Notes under the pieces: model-generated
Told to the model about the DNA's origin: nothing
Seen by the model: only the letters and a program-made list of their open reading frames with translations
The model's database searches: none
Part shown: positions 14,181 through 24,949 of the stretch, piece by piece
Position numbering within the stretch: the first letter of the stretch is position 1
Layout of the letters: each line of letters opens with the position of its first letter
NCBI RefSeq assembly: GCF_963921235.1
Contig: NC_086097.1
Span: 161,760,001-161,824,000, forward strand
Direction of reading: 5' to 3'
Length of the DNA stretch: 64,000 bases
Source: Mobula hypostoma
Lineage: Eukaryota
Made by a program: the position numbers and the translations under genes

Positions 14181-14282
14181 TTAGTCCTGACGAAGGGTCT
14201 CGGCCTGAAACGTCGACTGCACCTCTTCCTACAGATGCTGCCTGGCCTGCTGTGTTCACCAGCAACTTTGATGTGTGTTGCT
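14181..14282 (+). mobile_element. ~100-bp solo Penelope-like terminal repeat fragment
   Basis: Near-identical to the reverse complement of 20445-20545; TAGTCCT occurs at both 14182-14188 and 14282-14288. Confidence 0.85.
14182..14219 (+). ncRNA. Minimal type I hammerhead ribozyme motif
   Basis: TAGTC-CTGACGA-AGGGTCTCGGCCT-GAAAC-GTC-GACTG: stem I AGTC/GACT, CUGANGA and GAAA core boxes, short stem II, GUC cleavage triplet ending at 14214. Confidence 0.8.
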
Positions 14283-14456
14283 AGTCCTCAGATACTAGGC
14301 TGATTATTTAATTGAATTGACTTTTTTTCTTACATCCTTCACATACATGAGGAGTAAAAATCATGTATGTGAAATATGTAAGAAATAATTAGTCTCAGGA
14401 TACTAGGCTGACTATTTAAAACTAGGATGTGAAATTGCTTAATACCAAGAGTTGTA

Positions 14457-14817
14457 CAGTACTGTGCAAAAGCCTTAGGCACGTATGCCAAGGGTGCCTA
14501 AGAGTTGCACAATACTGAATTTGTCAATGTGGAGTGGAGAGTGAGTTTGTAAACTTGGAGGGAGCAAAGGATGTTGGGAATAGGGAGAGTGGAGTGCTGT
14601 TAGGGGTGGGATAGGTGGCTGAGAAGGAATGTTAGGGCAGGGGGTGGTGCAGTCCACAACAGAGGCCCATATTGGAATCAGATTTATCATCACTCACATA
14701 TGTCATGAAACCTTTTTGTGCAGTTGTACCAGTGCAATACATAAAGTTACTACTGTACTGTGCAAAAGTCTTAAGCACAATAGCTATTTATATGTACCTA
14801 AGACTTGCACAGTACTG
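14457..14817. mobile_element. Tc1/mariner-type MITE with four TIR copies
   Basis: TA|CAGTACTGTGCAAAAGCCTTAGGCAC ... GTACCTAAGACTTGCACAGTACTG|TA; extra TIR copies near 14494-14517 and 14753-14778. Confidence 0.8.
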
Positions 14818-15354
14818 TATATTTAAGAATTCTCCACCCCAGATGGCTATTAATGTTTGGTTATTGACAGTCATCAAGGCTGAGATCAATAGATATTAAG
14901 GGACCTGGACATAAATTACTGGCCAAGAACAAGGAACAGGTTCAGCTGTTAATTTATAGAATGGAGAACCAAGTTCAAAGTGTTATAATCTGGTTTTATT
15001 TATTTTCTTAAATTGAGAGATCTTATTAAACTTTGGAGAGAACCCAAAGAAAGCAGTCCTTTGGTGATTTTTATAGATGGTACTTGTGTGTTGCTACATT
15101 GCCCAAAGTTAACCGTCTAAGTTAGATTTAGTTTTATGTTCAAACTATAAAAGGTAACTTCAGTTGTTAGAAGTTCCTTCAGAATTTGATAAGAACCTTG
15201 GAATGTATTTCCTAGTAAAATCAAGGATAGTTCAGAAACAAAAAGATATAGTACTTAGTTAAAGGGTGAACTAAAACAAACTGAAGGATGAACCAGCGTG
15301 CCAGAACAGATAGTGGAGTGTTTGTGGAAAAAGATGTTGTTAAGCAGATGTACA

Positions 15355-15810
15355 AAGTCAAGAATCAAAATGTTGAACATGGTGGGACTGAGCTGTGTAT
15401 ATTTCAATGCAAGGAGGAATGTTGGAAAGGCAAATAAGCTTGAGGATCAGCACATGGAATGATGCCATTGTAGCTATTAGAGACTTCGTTGCAGGAGGGG
15501 CAGGACTGACAGCTCAATGTTCCTGGGTTCTGTTGTTTTAGATGTGATAGAACGCGAGGGATTGAAGGGGAATGGGTGGCATTACTTGATAGGGAAAATG
15601 TCATGGCAGTGCTCAGCCAGGACAGACTGGAGAGCTTGTCTAGTGCAGCTTTATGGGTAGAATTGAGGAATAAGAAAAGTATCCCCATGTCAATGGGGAC
15701 TATATTATAGACCACCAGACAGGATTTAGAGGAGCAAATTTGTTGAGAGATCACAGACTGTTCTAAGAAACGTAAGGTTATAATAATAGGCGATTTTGGC
15801 TCTCCGTACA
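15355..15810 (+). mobile_element. Decayed CR1 ORF2 endonuclease N-terminal fragment
   Basis: Relics of CVYFNAR, ETSLQEGQD, PGFCCFRCDR, YYRPP and IIGDF in shifting frames. Confidence 0.75.
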
Positions 15811-16149
15811 TATATTGACATGCAAGGTGGCATCTGATGATGGTGAACTTGCATAGAAAGTATATAAGGGTAGTAGTGTTGTAGAAGACATGAGATTGCA
15901 GAGCTGGAATCTAGAGCAACACAGTCTGCTGGAAAATCGCATCAAGGATATGCTCTTACTTCAAGAAGAGGAAGTTGACTGTCAGATTGTTTGTTGATTG
16001 AAACAGATTTTACATCTGAGGTCATACTGACCTGTAGCTAGTAATGTGTCACAATCTGACAAGTATGAACTGAGAAGAAAAATCTTTATCAAATAGATGA
16101 GAATATTGTCTCCTCCAGCCGGACCATTTTCCATGTCATCTAGTACAGT

Positions 16150-16560
16150 GAACATTGAATATAGCATACTGTACAGCACAGTATGGGGCCTTTGGTCTAC
16201 GATGATGTGCCAACCTAAACATACTCCACAATTAATCCAAACCTTCCCTCCTATATACCCATTACCCTTTTCTTTTTTTCCTCCCATCTCCATCCCTATC
16301 TAAGAGTCTTGTAAATGTTCCTATTGTATTAATTGCTACCACTACCCCAGCAGTTCATTCTGGGCACCTAGAGCTCTCTGTAAAATAAAAGCTACCTCTA
16401 ATCCAGGCAGCATCCTGGTAAATCTCCTCTGCATCCTCTCTGAAGCTTCCACATCCTATAATGATATGACCAGAACTGAACACAATGCTCCAAGTGTGTT
16501 CTAACCAGAGTTTCATAGAGCTGCAGCATAATCTCAAGATTCCTGAACTCCATCCCCTAA
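16150..16560 (-). mobile_element. Decayed CR1 3' fragment
   Basis: AATCCAGGCAGCATCCTGGTAAATCT and CCAGAACTGAACACAATGCTCCAAGTG match the other CR1 copies. Confidence 0.75.
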
Positions 16561-16974
16561 TGTAGACTATAATTGCAAACCATGACAGCACCACATGGTA
16601 GAAAAAAATCAGATGTTGTTGAGGCAAATTTATAAGTTAAAGCTATTAGCTCATTGGAAAGAAAATTACACAACTTTGAGTGATGGGTATGTTCTTTAAT
16701 ATAATGTGGACCCAGATAATAAGTTCTGATGCATTTGACATGAAGTTTAAAGATTGTGTGATCATGATATCAAAGGGCGCATCAAAGGGGTGGAAAGCAA
16801 ATAGTGTCAAAAAGTTGGCTTCAAAGAGGGGAGGAGTGGGAAAATTAGTAAGCTTAAAATACAAATTTCAGCTGACCTAAGGGAACTTGTAATTTGTGAA
16901 GTATGGGAAGTCTGATGTTAAGAGGGTTGTTTATATGACTGGACATGAGAGATGGATAGATTTAAACAAGAAAA

Positions 16975-18066
16975 TCTATATACTACTAAAACTCTCATGC
17001 TCTGTCTGTCTGTTTATCTGTTTGTGACCTCCAATTAGCGCAAACGGTGCATTACAGCGGCACTTTTTTTTTTGCTAAATCGAATTAAAATGCGCGAACT
17101 TACAGAATGCAGGCAAAGTTCAGGGTTATATATTCTTATAAAATGGCTCATTTGCAAAAATCAACAGGCTCTGTTTCACCCGAGAGCCAATCTGCCATCA
17201 TGGAAATCGGGACGCGACAGCCCGATGCATGCGCACGGCCAGCCTCAGCAGCGTCACCTACGAGATCAAAAGGGCAGGGCAGCTCTATTTTGAGCGGTCA
17301 CATTCTGCTAATCACCATCAGCATGTGCAGGATTGGGACAGGTCTAACTGCCACCCATCAATAAGAGATAATTAAATCTTATTGTATTGACGTACTTTGA
17401 GACACCCATAAAACCCTTTGCTGCAGTCAAAGGACAGTGGTGACTATATCATATCCATTTAGGAGAGCACCAACCACATCATCAAGAATAATCAGCATCC
17501 TTTGGTGTTACTGCTTCGTATCTTCTATCCAGCATTAGGGTAAAAAAAATAGCCTAATTATGCCGCGTGGAAAGGGAAGGGGGACATTATGGTCAAGAGA
17601 TGACACCAAACATCGTCGGGAAGCGGCAAGAGGAGGGAGAGAACAAGAATTTGATGAGGCCAGGGACGCACGACTCCAGGATCAAAGAGTCAGGACAAAA
17701 ACAGATGAGAGAAGAAGAGACAGAAGAGGAGAGGCATGCACGTCTCCAAGATCAGAGACAAACAGCAGAAGAGATGAAGAGATGGGGGATGAAAGGACTG
17801 CACGTCTCCGGAATGACAACGAGAGGCACAAGAATGGCAGGTAAATCAGAAATGATGCCATCAAAAGTGTCCTTCGTTAAACAAGGAGGAGCTATATTTG
17901 CTTTGCTACGTGTCGTTCTTCTTTAATAAACTGAGGTTTTCTACTTCAGTTTCCAAATCAAAGCGATACCAATAGCATTCAGGAAAATTTAATGTTCACT
18001 CTGGTCACATCAGACTGCACTACCCTTCTCTCAAAGGGTGCCCCAACGGGTCACTCCGTTGTCCAG
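16975..18066 (+). mobile_element. Non-autonomous Helitron (internally deleted)
   Basis: A|TCTATATACTACTAAAA 5' end; 3' hairpin CAACGG-GTCACT-CCGTTG (18044-18061) then CCAG|T (CTAG variant); internal R/E-rich ORF relic. Confidence 0.7.
17560..17926 (+). pseudogene. Frameshifted RepHel N-terminus with STPR-like repeats
   Basis: Three repeats across frames: EQEFDEARDARLQDQR / EEETEEERHARLQDQR / DEEMGDERTARLRNDN; starts MPRGKGR. Confidence 0.6.
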
Positions 18067-18258
18067 TGTTTTATTAAATTAATGTGTTAAGGAACTATTA
18101 GCCAAAATATTTAGCTATTCACTTGTATCTCAGCTTTGGAAGATACAAATATAGAATTTAATTTTTTTAAAAAGCATGGCTCCAAGGCTACATTGTGTAG
18201 TTTTCTATTCTGAAATGTACTGCATTTGTTGGTCAGTCTTTCTGAACAAAATTTTTCA

Positions 18259-18680
18259 AAAGTTCAAAGTAAATTTATTATCAAAGTACGTATGTCACCA
18301 TATACAACTGAGATTCATTTTCTTGCCAACATATTCAATAAATCCTATAAACATAATAGAATCAATTAAGGACTGCACCAACAGGACGGACAACCAGTGT
18401 GTAAAAGACAACAAACTGCAAATACAAAAAGAAAGAAGGAAAAAAATAAGCAAAAAAATATAGAGATTATAAGATGAAGATTCTTTGAAAGTGAGTCCAT
18501 AGTTGTGGGAACAATTCAGTGATAGGGCATGTGAAGTTATTCTGTTTGGTTTAAGGGTCTGATAGTTGAGGAGTGATCATTGATCCTAAACCTGGTAGTG
18601 TTAGTTCTGAGGCACCTGTACCACCGTCCTGATGGCAGCAGTGAGAAGAGAGCATGACCTGGGTGGTGGTGGTCCCTAAT
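18259..18680 (-). mobile_element. Rex1/Babar-like LINE 3' end
   Basis: Tail AAAGTTCAAAGTAAATTTATTAT; body matches 50635-51210 and 55500-56600. Confidence 0.75.
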
Positions 18681-18766
18681 TTTGGTACTAAACCTGGTAT
18701 TGCAGGTATTAAACTCTGACTTGTTAGGCCTTGTGTTCTCTATGCTTAAGTTAGTTTGCTTAAATA

Positions 18767-18910
18767 AAACACAAGGTACTGGAAATACAGAAAAGTTAAG
18801 GCAGCAGCTTGAAATATTATGTTTTTTTCTCTCCTCAAATGCTGGATGACCTGTTGAGCATTTCCAGGATTTTGTTTATTTGAAATTTGCAGCGTTTCAA
18901 ATCTCTTGTA
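18767..18910. mobile_element. Old fold-back Penelope-like terminal fragment
   Basis: AACACAAGGTACTGGAAATAC...GGCAGCAGC followed by the opposite-orientation AATGCTGGATGACCTGTTGAGCATTTCCAGGATTTTG. Confidence 0.5.
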
Positions 18911-19510
18911 CACTATCTCAAGGCAATTATACAGAAGGAGGAACATTTTTATCTGGTTTTGTTTTAAATTTGAATTGGTTAAATTTATCATTTTATGTAG
19001 TCTTTTCAAAACCGAAGAGACAAGATGACCAAGAGATAGAATGTTATACTCGAGTTTTCAGAATTTGTCTACCCCTCAAAGCTGCTTGTGGCTGCTTTAA
19101 ACACATGTGACACGCACAAGTGGCCTATGTCTTGCTTTATTTCTGTTGATGCAAAGAATTCTAATGTTCAAATGTTATCCATGGTTTTTGAGGCAAGAAC
19201 TCAACATTGCCCTTGACATGGTGTGTGGCTGATATGCAACCTGATCTGAGCATAATATTGTCATTGATCGTGTTGCTCTATCATTTTAACTATGCAAGTT
19301 GCTATTTGAAGTTAGGATTAATTCTCAGTTTGTCTCCTGTTCTGAGCTCCGTTGTGAGAAGAGTTTATTAGGCAAATTGAGGGGAAAAATCCAAGCGTAT
19401 GTTATGAGTGCAATGTTCCCACTGATTCCTGGAAGCCTCTGGGCCATGACTGCTCAAAACGAGGAATGACAGTTTTGGGTGATATTCAGAACCTTAAGGC
19501 CATGCAGCAG

Positions 19511-20265
19511 ATTCAATTCAATTCAAGTTTAATTGTCATTCAACTGTACATGAATACCCATAAATGCAGACAAATGAGACAGTTACTCTGGAGCCAAGGT
19601 CCAAAGCACAGTACACAATCACACACTACACAAAGCACACATACCACAGGTAAGATAACAAGTACATGTAAGATGGCAGTAAAATACAGCCATGCAAAAA
19701 AAAAGTCCAGAGCCTTAGTCCAGGAATGCTGTTGAAATCTGTAATCACATCCAGCTTGTCTTTGGCCGAGCAAACACTGGGGGTCAGCACTGACTCCAGC
19801 CTGGAATCCGTGCCACACCGGCTTTGACACCTCTCTCCTGGCAACTGTAAACAGGTGACTGCAGCTTGAGGCCTAGTTCTCGCTATGACCGAGACAAGCA
19901 GCTCCCCTGCTGTCTGCCACTAAATCGGTGAATCAGATTTGCAGTTTTCCACATTTACAATGTCCAAAAAAAAATCACAAGAAAAGCAACTAAGACGGTC
20001 ATTTGCTATTAGACTGCACACCTCCTTCGCGCACTGACTACTCCAAAGACTCTGATGCAAGCAGCAGCACGATCTGCACCAAGTTCAGCTCCTTCAGTTT
20101 CTCCACCACTGAGCAACTTACCCTCGGGGAAGACCTGCAGTACTTTAACTTCTTAATGTCTTGCAGGATTTTGTGATCATAAAAAATACGTTTACAAAGG
20201 ATAGTAGCACCCTTTGACTCTGTAGCAGCTGCTGCGATTGAATATGCTGCCATCTTTCTGGAAAC
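19511..20265 (-). mobile_element. Short non-autonomous LINE-like element
   Basis: (ATTCA)n tail at 19511; AAGATGGC leader near 20250; short ORF relic IFYDHKILQDIKK; no RT. Confidence 0.5.
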
Positions 20266-20505
20266 ACTTGGTGTTTGCAGAAGCTCTGTGGAAGAAGTGC
20301 AAATGGCCCACCTACCCCATTGCTGGAATAGTGCATTTCTCACATTAGTCTTGCTGACCACCACAGAATCCACAAAATTATCATGGAAGCAGTCAGTAGC
20401 ATCTATTCAAACACAAGGAATTCTGCAGATGCTGGAAATTCAAGCAACACACATCAAAGTTGCTGGTGAACGCAGCAGGCCAGGCAGCATCTCTAGGAAG
20501 AGGTA

Positions 20506-20543
20506 CAGTCGACGTTTCGGGCCGAGACTCTTCATCAGGACTA
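20506..20543 (-). ncRNA. Minimal type I hammerhead ribozyme motif
   Basis: Minus strand TAGTC-CTGATGA-AGAGTCTCGGCCC-GAAAC-GTC-GACTG; one mismatch in stem II. Confidence 0.75.
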
Positions 20544-20853
20544 ACTGAAGGGAGAGCTAGTAAGAGATTTGAAAGTGGGAGGGGGAGGGGAGATCCAAAA
20601 TGATAGGAGAAGACAGGAGGGGGAGGGATGGAGCCAAGAGCTGGACAGGTGATTGGCAAAAGGGATATGCAAGGATCATGGGACAGGAGCCCCAGGGAGA
20701 AGGAAAAGGGGAAAGGGGGAGGGGGGGAGAACTCAGAGGATGGGCAAGGGGTATAGTCAGAGGGACAGAGGGAGAAAAAAGAGAGAGAGAGAGAGAGAAA
20801 GAATGTGTGTATATAAATAAATAACGGATGGGGTACGAGGGGGAAGTGGGGCA

Positions 20854-21147
20854 TTAGCAGAGGTTAGAGAAGTCAGTGTTCATACCATCAGGTTGGAGGC
20901 TACCCAGACGGAATATAAGGTGGTGTTCCTCTAACCTGAGTGTGGCTTCATCTTTACAGTAGAGGAGGCCATGAATAGACACATCAGAATGGGAATGGGA
21001 TGTGGAATTAAAATGTGCGGCCACTGGGAGATCCTGCTTTCTCTGGCGGACAGAGCGTAGGTATTCAGCAAAGTGGTCTCCCAGTCTGCGTCGGGTCTCG
21101 CCAATGTATAGAAGGCCACATCGGGAGCACCGGACGCAGTATATCAC
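20854..21147 (-). pseudogene. Penelope GIY-YIG endonuclease domain (truncated ORF C-terminus)
   Basis: IYCVRCSRCGLLYIGETRRRLGDHF..VAAHFN..LEEHHLI..QPDGMN. Confidence 0.92.
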
Positions 21148-21330
21148 CCCAGCCGACTCACAGGTGAAGTGTCACCTCACCTGGAAGGACTGTCTGGGGC
21201 CCTGAATGGTGGTGAGGGAGGAAGTGTAAGGGAACAAGTGCAGAGTTTTCAGTAATACATTTGGTGTTAGAGTCCTTTTACTCCTATAAAAGTATATAGC
21301 AAATTTCAGTTTGTTTTGACTAACCAAATA

Positions 21331-22877
21331 CAGGTTTCCCCCGCCATCCGAAGGTAGAGCGTTCCTATGAAACAGTTCGTGAGCTGGAATGTCGTAAAGC
21401 GAAGAAGCAATTACCATTTATTTATATGGGAAAAATTTGTGAGCGTTCACAGACCCAAAAATAACCTACCGAATCATGCCAAATAACACATAAAACCTAA
21501 AATAACAGTAACATATAGTAAAAGCAGGAATGATATGATAAATACACAGCCTATATAACGTAGAAATACTTCTCTACAATCATTGCCTGCACTATTCTCC
21601 GTAGGGAAAATCTCACGCAAGCACCGTCGGCAAAAACACTCTCTCCAGTAACCTTTAAGCTATGAAGCTGCCAAATCATACCAAATAACACATAAAAATA
21701 CACAGCCTATATAAAGTAGAAATAATGTATGTACAGTGTAGTATCACTTACTGGAACCAGGAAGACATCGTCGAGCACGCTGATGATGGTGTGTTAGGCT
21801 GAGTTGTCAGAGATTGGGGTGGTGCAGTGGCCCCCACCCTGCAGGCTGCCGACCAATACTGATCAGCGAAGCATGCAGAGGTACAGCGGTAGCCGGGACG
21901 TACCCAGTACATCTTTAAGAAAAAAGCCAATCGGCAATGGCCTCTGATCTGGGACGACATTTAAATGCCGGGCGGCACCTAATTAATTAGCTTGTTTATT
22001 TCAGCTTTTTTTCTTAAAGATGTGCTGGGTGCCTCCCGGCTTCTGCTGCATTCTCCACGAATCGGTATCAGTCCGCGGCCCGGGGGTTGGCGTGGTGGGA
22101 CACTGGCATGCCATCTCATTGTCGTCTGTTTCCATGAGGGCTGGCAGCTCATCTTCTCCTATGACAGCCTGCCTTGATATCGAAGGTTGAGGTTTGTCGT
22201 CTGCTCTGGCTGATGTGGAAGGCTTGAAAAATGACAGTATGCTTGACTGCTAGCTTCACGCATTTTTCTATCATACAGTTCTTCGTAACACTCAAACCAC
22301 CTTGCCAATTTGCCCTAAACCGACGTACCCTTTCAAAATTAAAGTCGTACTTTATCATTGCAGTGAAAATCTCACGCAGTTGCTTCACGTTCAGTTCCTG
22401 GACGACTTCACTTCTGGTCCGTTCGCTACTGCATTCGGTTTCAATTGTTATCCTTTCCTCTTCCAATTGCATCAGCTCTTCATCTATCAGTTCTTGGTCA
22501 TGGGATGCCAAAACCTCTTCAACATCATCTTTGTCAACTTCCACAAGCCAAACTCACTTCGTCCTTGCTTCGTTCACCACGATCGAAACGCTTAATTATG
22601 TCTAGTTTTACGCTAAGTGCAACACCCTTACAAGCTCTTTTAGGCTTTTCCGATACCTTAGAACTCATCTTGCAAGCGGGTGCTCACAAGCACGTGTTTA
22701 AGCAATGCCAGCTAGAATGCAGTTCTGAATCCGGGGGAGAGCGGCTGCTCAGGGCGTGCGCTGCCTTTTTTCGTAACAGTGAAAACACCTTCTGTTAGCG
22801 AAAACAGGTAACTAATGTCGGTCTTTCGTAACAGTGAGGTTTCGTAAAGCGAACGTTCGAAAAGCAGGGGACACCTG
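21331..22877 (-). mobile_element. Tigger/pogo-like DNA transposon deletion derivative (copy 1)
   Basis: TA|CAGGTTTCCCCCGC ... GCAGGGGACACCTG|TA; HTH relic VKLDIIKRFDRGERSKD joined to acidic C-terminus EVDKDDVEEVLASHDQEL. Confidence 0.9.
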
Positions 22878-23757
22878 TAAGTTGTTTTATTGTAAGTTAA
22901 TTTTTTGTCTGAAAAACAGCAACAATGTGAAAGCAAAATGTGGATTCAGAAGCCTGAAAAAAAGCAAAAAAAAAGTTGGATATAACAGTTTGGGAGGTAC
23001 TGTCAAAGCTAGAAAAGGTGAGAAGATTTAAGCAATTGCATACATGAAAAGGAAGAGGATGGAAGAGAGATGCTGAGATGCATCCTAGGATGTGCTGGGA
23101 TGCTAATGCTATAACCTGGGGTCATCAGGTGTTTTGGGTTTTTCAAAATTAGACACTCTTGCCCAGGTGACCCAGTTGGGGTTGATCAGGCCCTGGCTTT
23201 TGTTGCAGCAGCATTTGTCCATGGGTCACACTTCTTGATCCATAGCCATCTAGTAGCTCACTCAGCAGCCCCTGTGATGGTCCTGATGGATCTTTTCTTT
23301 GCAGCTCCCTCAATGGTAAGAAGAGCGCAGGTTCTGCACAGCGAGCAGCCAGCAAAACCTTTACATCCCACCTCTATAGGCTTGCAATATGCCTGTACCT
23401 CTGCCTCTGGTTCTGCTCTACCAGGTCCTGGTGTTTGGTTTACTTGCGATCAAATGCCTCTGCAATCTAGTCTTCCCAAGGAACTGACAGTGTCTGGAAG
23501 AATGACCATGTTTGGCCTCAGGGATGATAATGCAATGAACTCAAAATAGAGTTTCGGTGCCGGTCAGATATGTGGCTGGCAAGCCTGCTAGTGATCTCAC
23601 TGAGGTGGTTGGTCTCAAATGTATAAGAGAGAATAACTGTGATGGGCAAAAGAGGTTAAGTGGTTCTAAAACTTCAGCTGGACTTGAGTATTTCCAGCAA
23701 TTTTTTTTTGGCACAACTTTATCTAGTTGTGTTAATCTTTTGGGTCAGAATTACTTT

Positions 23758-24041
23758 TTCTTTTGGCGTGTGCCTGTGTGCGTGCGAGTCTGTGCGTGCG
23801 TCCGTGATGATGTCTGTTTCATGGCTTTCATAAGGCGCGGAGCGAGAGAGAGACTGGTGGCACGTCACTCCTCACACAGACATTTTGCAGTATTTTTCCC
23901 TTTACTTTACCAGGTCGAGTTGTGATCTCGACACTCAACCCGGCACGGATGGAAATCGTACGGGAGTACCTGACTGGTTTCAAACCCAGGAACCTCCACT
24001 CCCGGGTCCGGCGCCGATGTCATTGTGCTACCAGCCGGCCC
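23758..24041 (-). mobile_element. tRNA-headed SINE
   Basis: Head GGGCCGGCTGGTAGCACAATG...GGTTTGAAACC (A/B-box-like), (GCAC)n tail, 12-bp TSD CAGAATTACTTT at 23746-23757 and 24042-24053. Confidence 0.85.
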
Positions 24042-24109
24042 CAGAATTACTTTGTATAGTTGAAAGAATTAGGTAACAGAGGGTCAGTAGCTTTTAATTT
24101 CTTCACGTT

Positions 24110-24895
24110 AACATATTGGAGGGTTCCCCCCCTCCCCTCCACTCTCCACTGTCCACAGGGCTTGCTCCATCTGCGATTCTCTTGTCCATTCATCCCTCCC
24201 CTCTAATCTCCCTCCTGGCACGTATTCCTACAAGTGACGGAAATGCTACACCTGCCCATTCACTTTCCTTGCCTCCTATTCAAACAGGCCTTCCAGGTTA
24301 AGCAACATTTCAGCTGTGAGTCTGTTGGGATTGTGTCTTGTATTTTGTGCTCGTGATGTGGCAGCCTCTACATTGGTGATACCAAATGTAAATTGGGGAA
24401 CTACTTTGTCGAACACCTCCGCTCAATCTGCCAAAAGTGGAATTTCCTGGTGGCCAACGTTTATAATTCCTATCCCCATTCCTGTTTTTACATGTCAGCC
24501 CATAGCTGCCTCTTTTTCCATGATGAAGCCACTCTCGGTGAAGGAGCAACACCTTATATTCTGTCCAGGTAACCTCAAGCTGATAGCATAAACATAGACT
24601 CCTGGCAACTTATTTTTTAAATTCTTCCCCCCCCCTCCCCTTTACCTCTTCTATTCTCCCTTCTGGTTTCTTATCTCCTGCTTCCCTTTCTCCCATGCTC
24701 CACCCTCCTATCAGTTTCGTTCTTCAGCCCTTTACCTTTCTCACCTACCTGTCTTCAACTTTTAACTATCATTTTCTAGCTAGTCCTCCTCCTCCCCCAC
24801 ACCTTTTTATTCTTCCAGTCCTGAAGAAGGGTCTTGGCCTGAAACTTCGACTGTTCATTCAACTCTGTAGAAGACTATCTGACTTGCTGAGATGG
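24110..24895 (+). mobile_element. Decayed Penelope-like element
   Basis: Homologous to 20408-21235 (LYIGDT and KEQHLIF relics), C/T-rich tract, terminal hammerhead motif. Confidence 0.85.
24816..24853 (+). ncRNA. Minimal hammerhead ribozyme motif (variant)
   Basis: CAGTC-CTGAAGA-AGGGTCTTGGCCT-GAAAC-TTC-GACTG; perfect 5-bp stem I, but G>T breaks the ACGT stem III. Confidence 0.6.
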
Positions 24896-24949
24896 TGTTT
24901 CAATTGATTCTAGTAAAAATACTGTTGTATCTGGAATTCTAACTGCGGG

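Larger units (their letters stand above)
20408..21235 (-). mobile_element. 5'-truncated Penelope-like retroelement
   Basis: GIY-YIG ORF, pyrimidine-rich 3' region with (TC)n, hammerhead-containing terminal repeat. Confidence 0.93.

Noticed and set aside
13726..14265. 179-aa minus-strand ORF
   Set aside because: Chance read-through across the Penelope repeat, unique DNA and CR1; no coherent domain
17425..17500. Minus-strand MLIILDDVV, Walker B-like peptide inside the Helitron
   Set aside because: Frame is short and bounded by stops; no Walker A; likely chance
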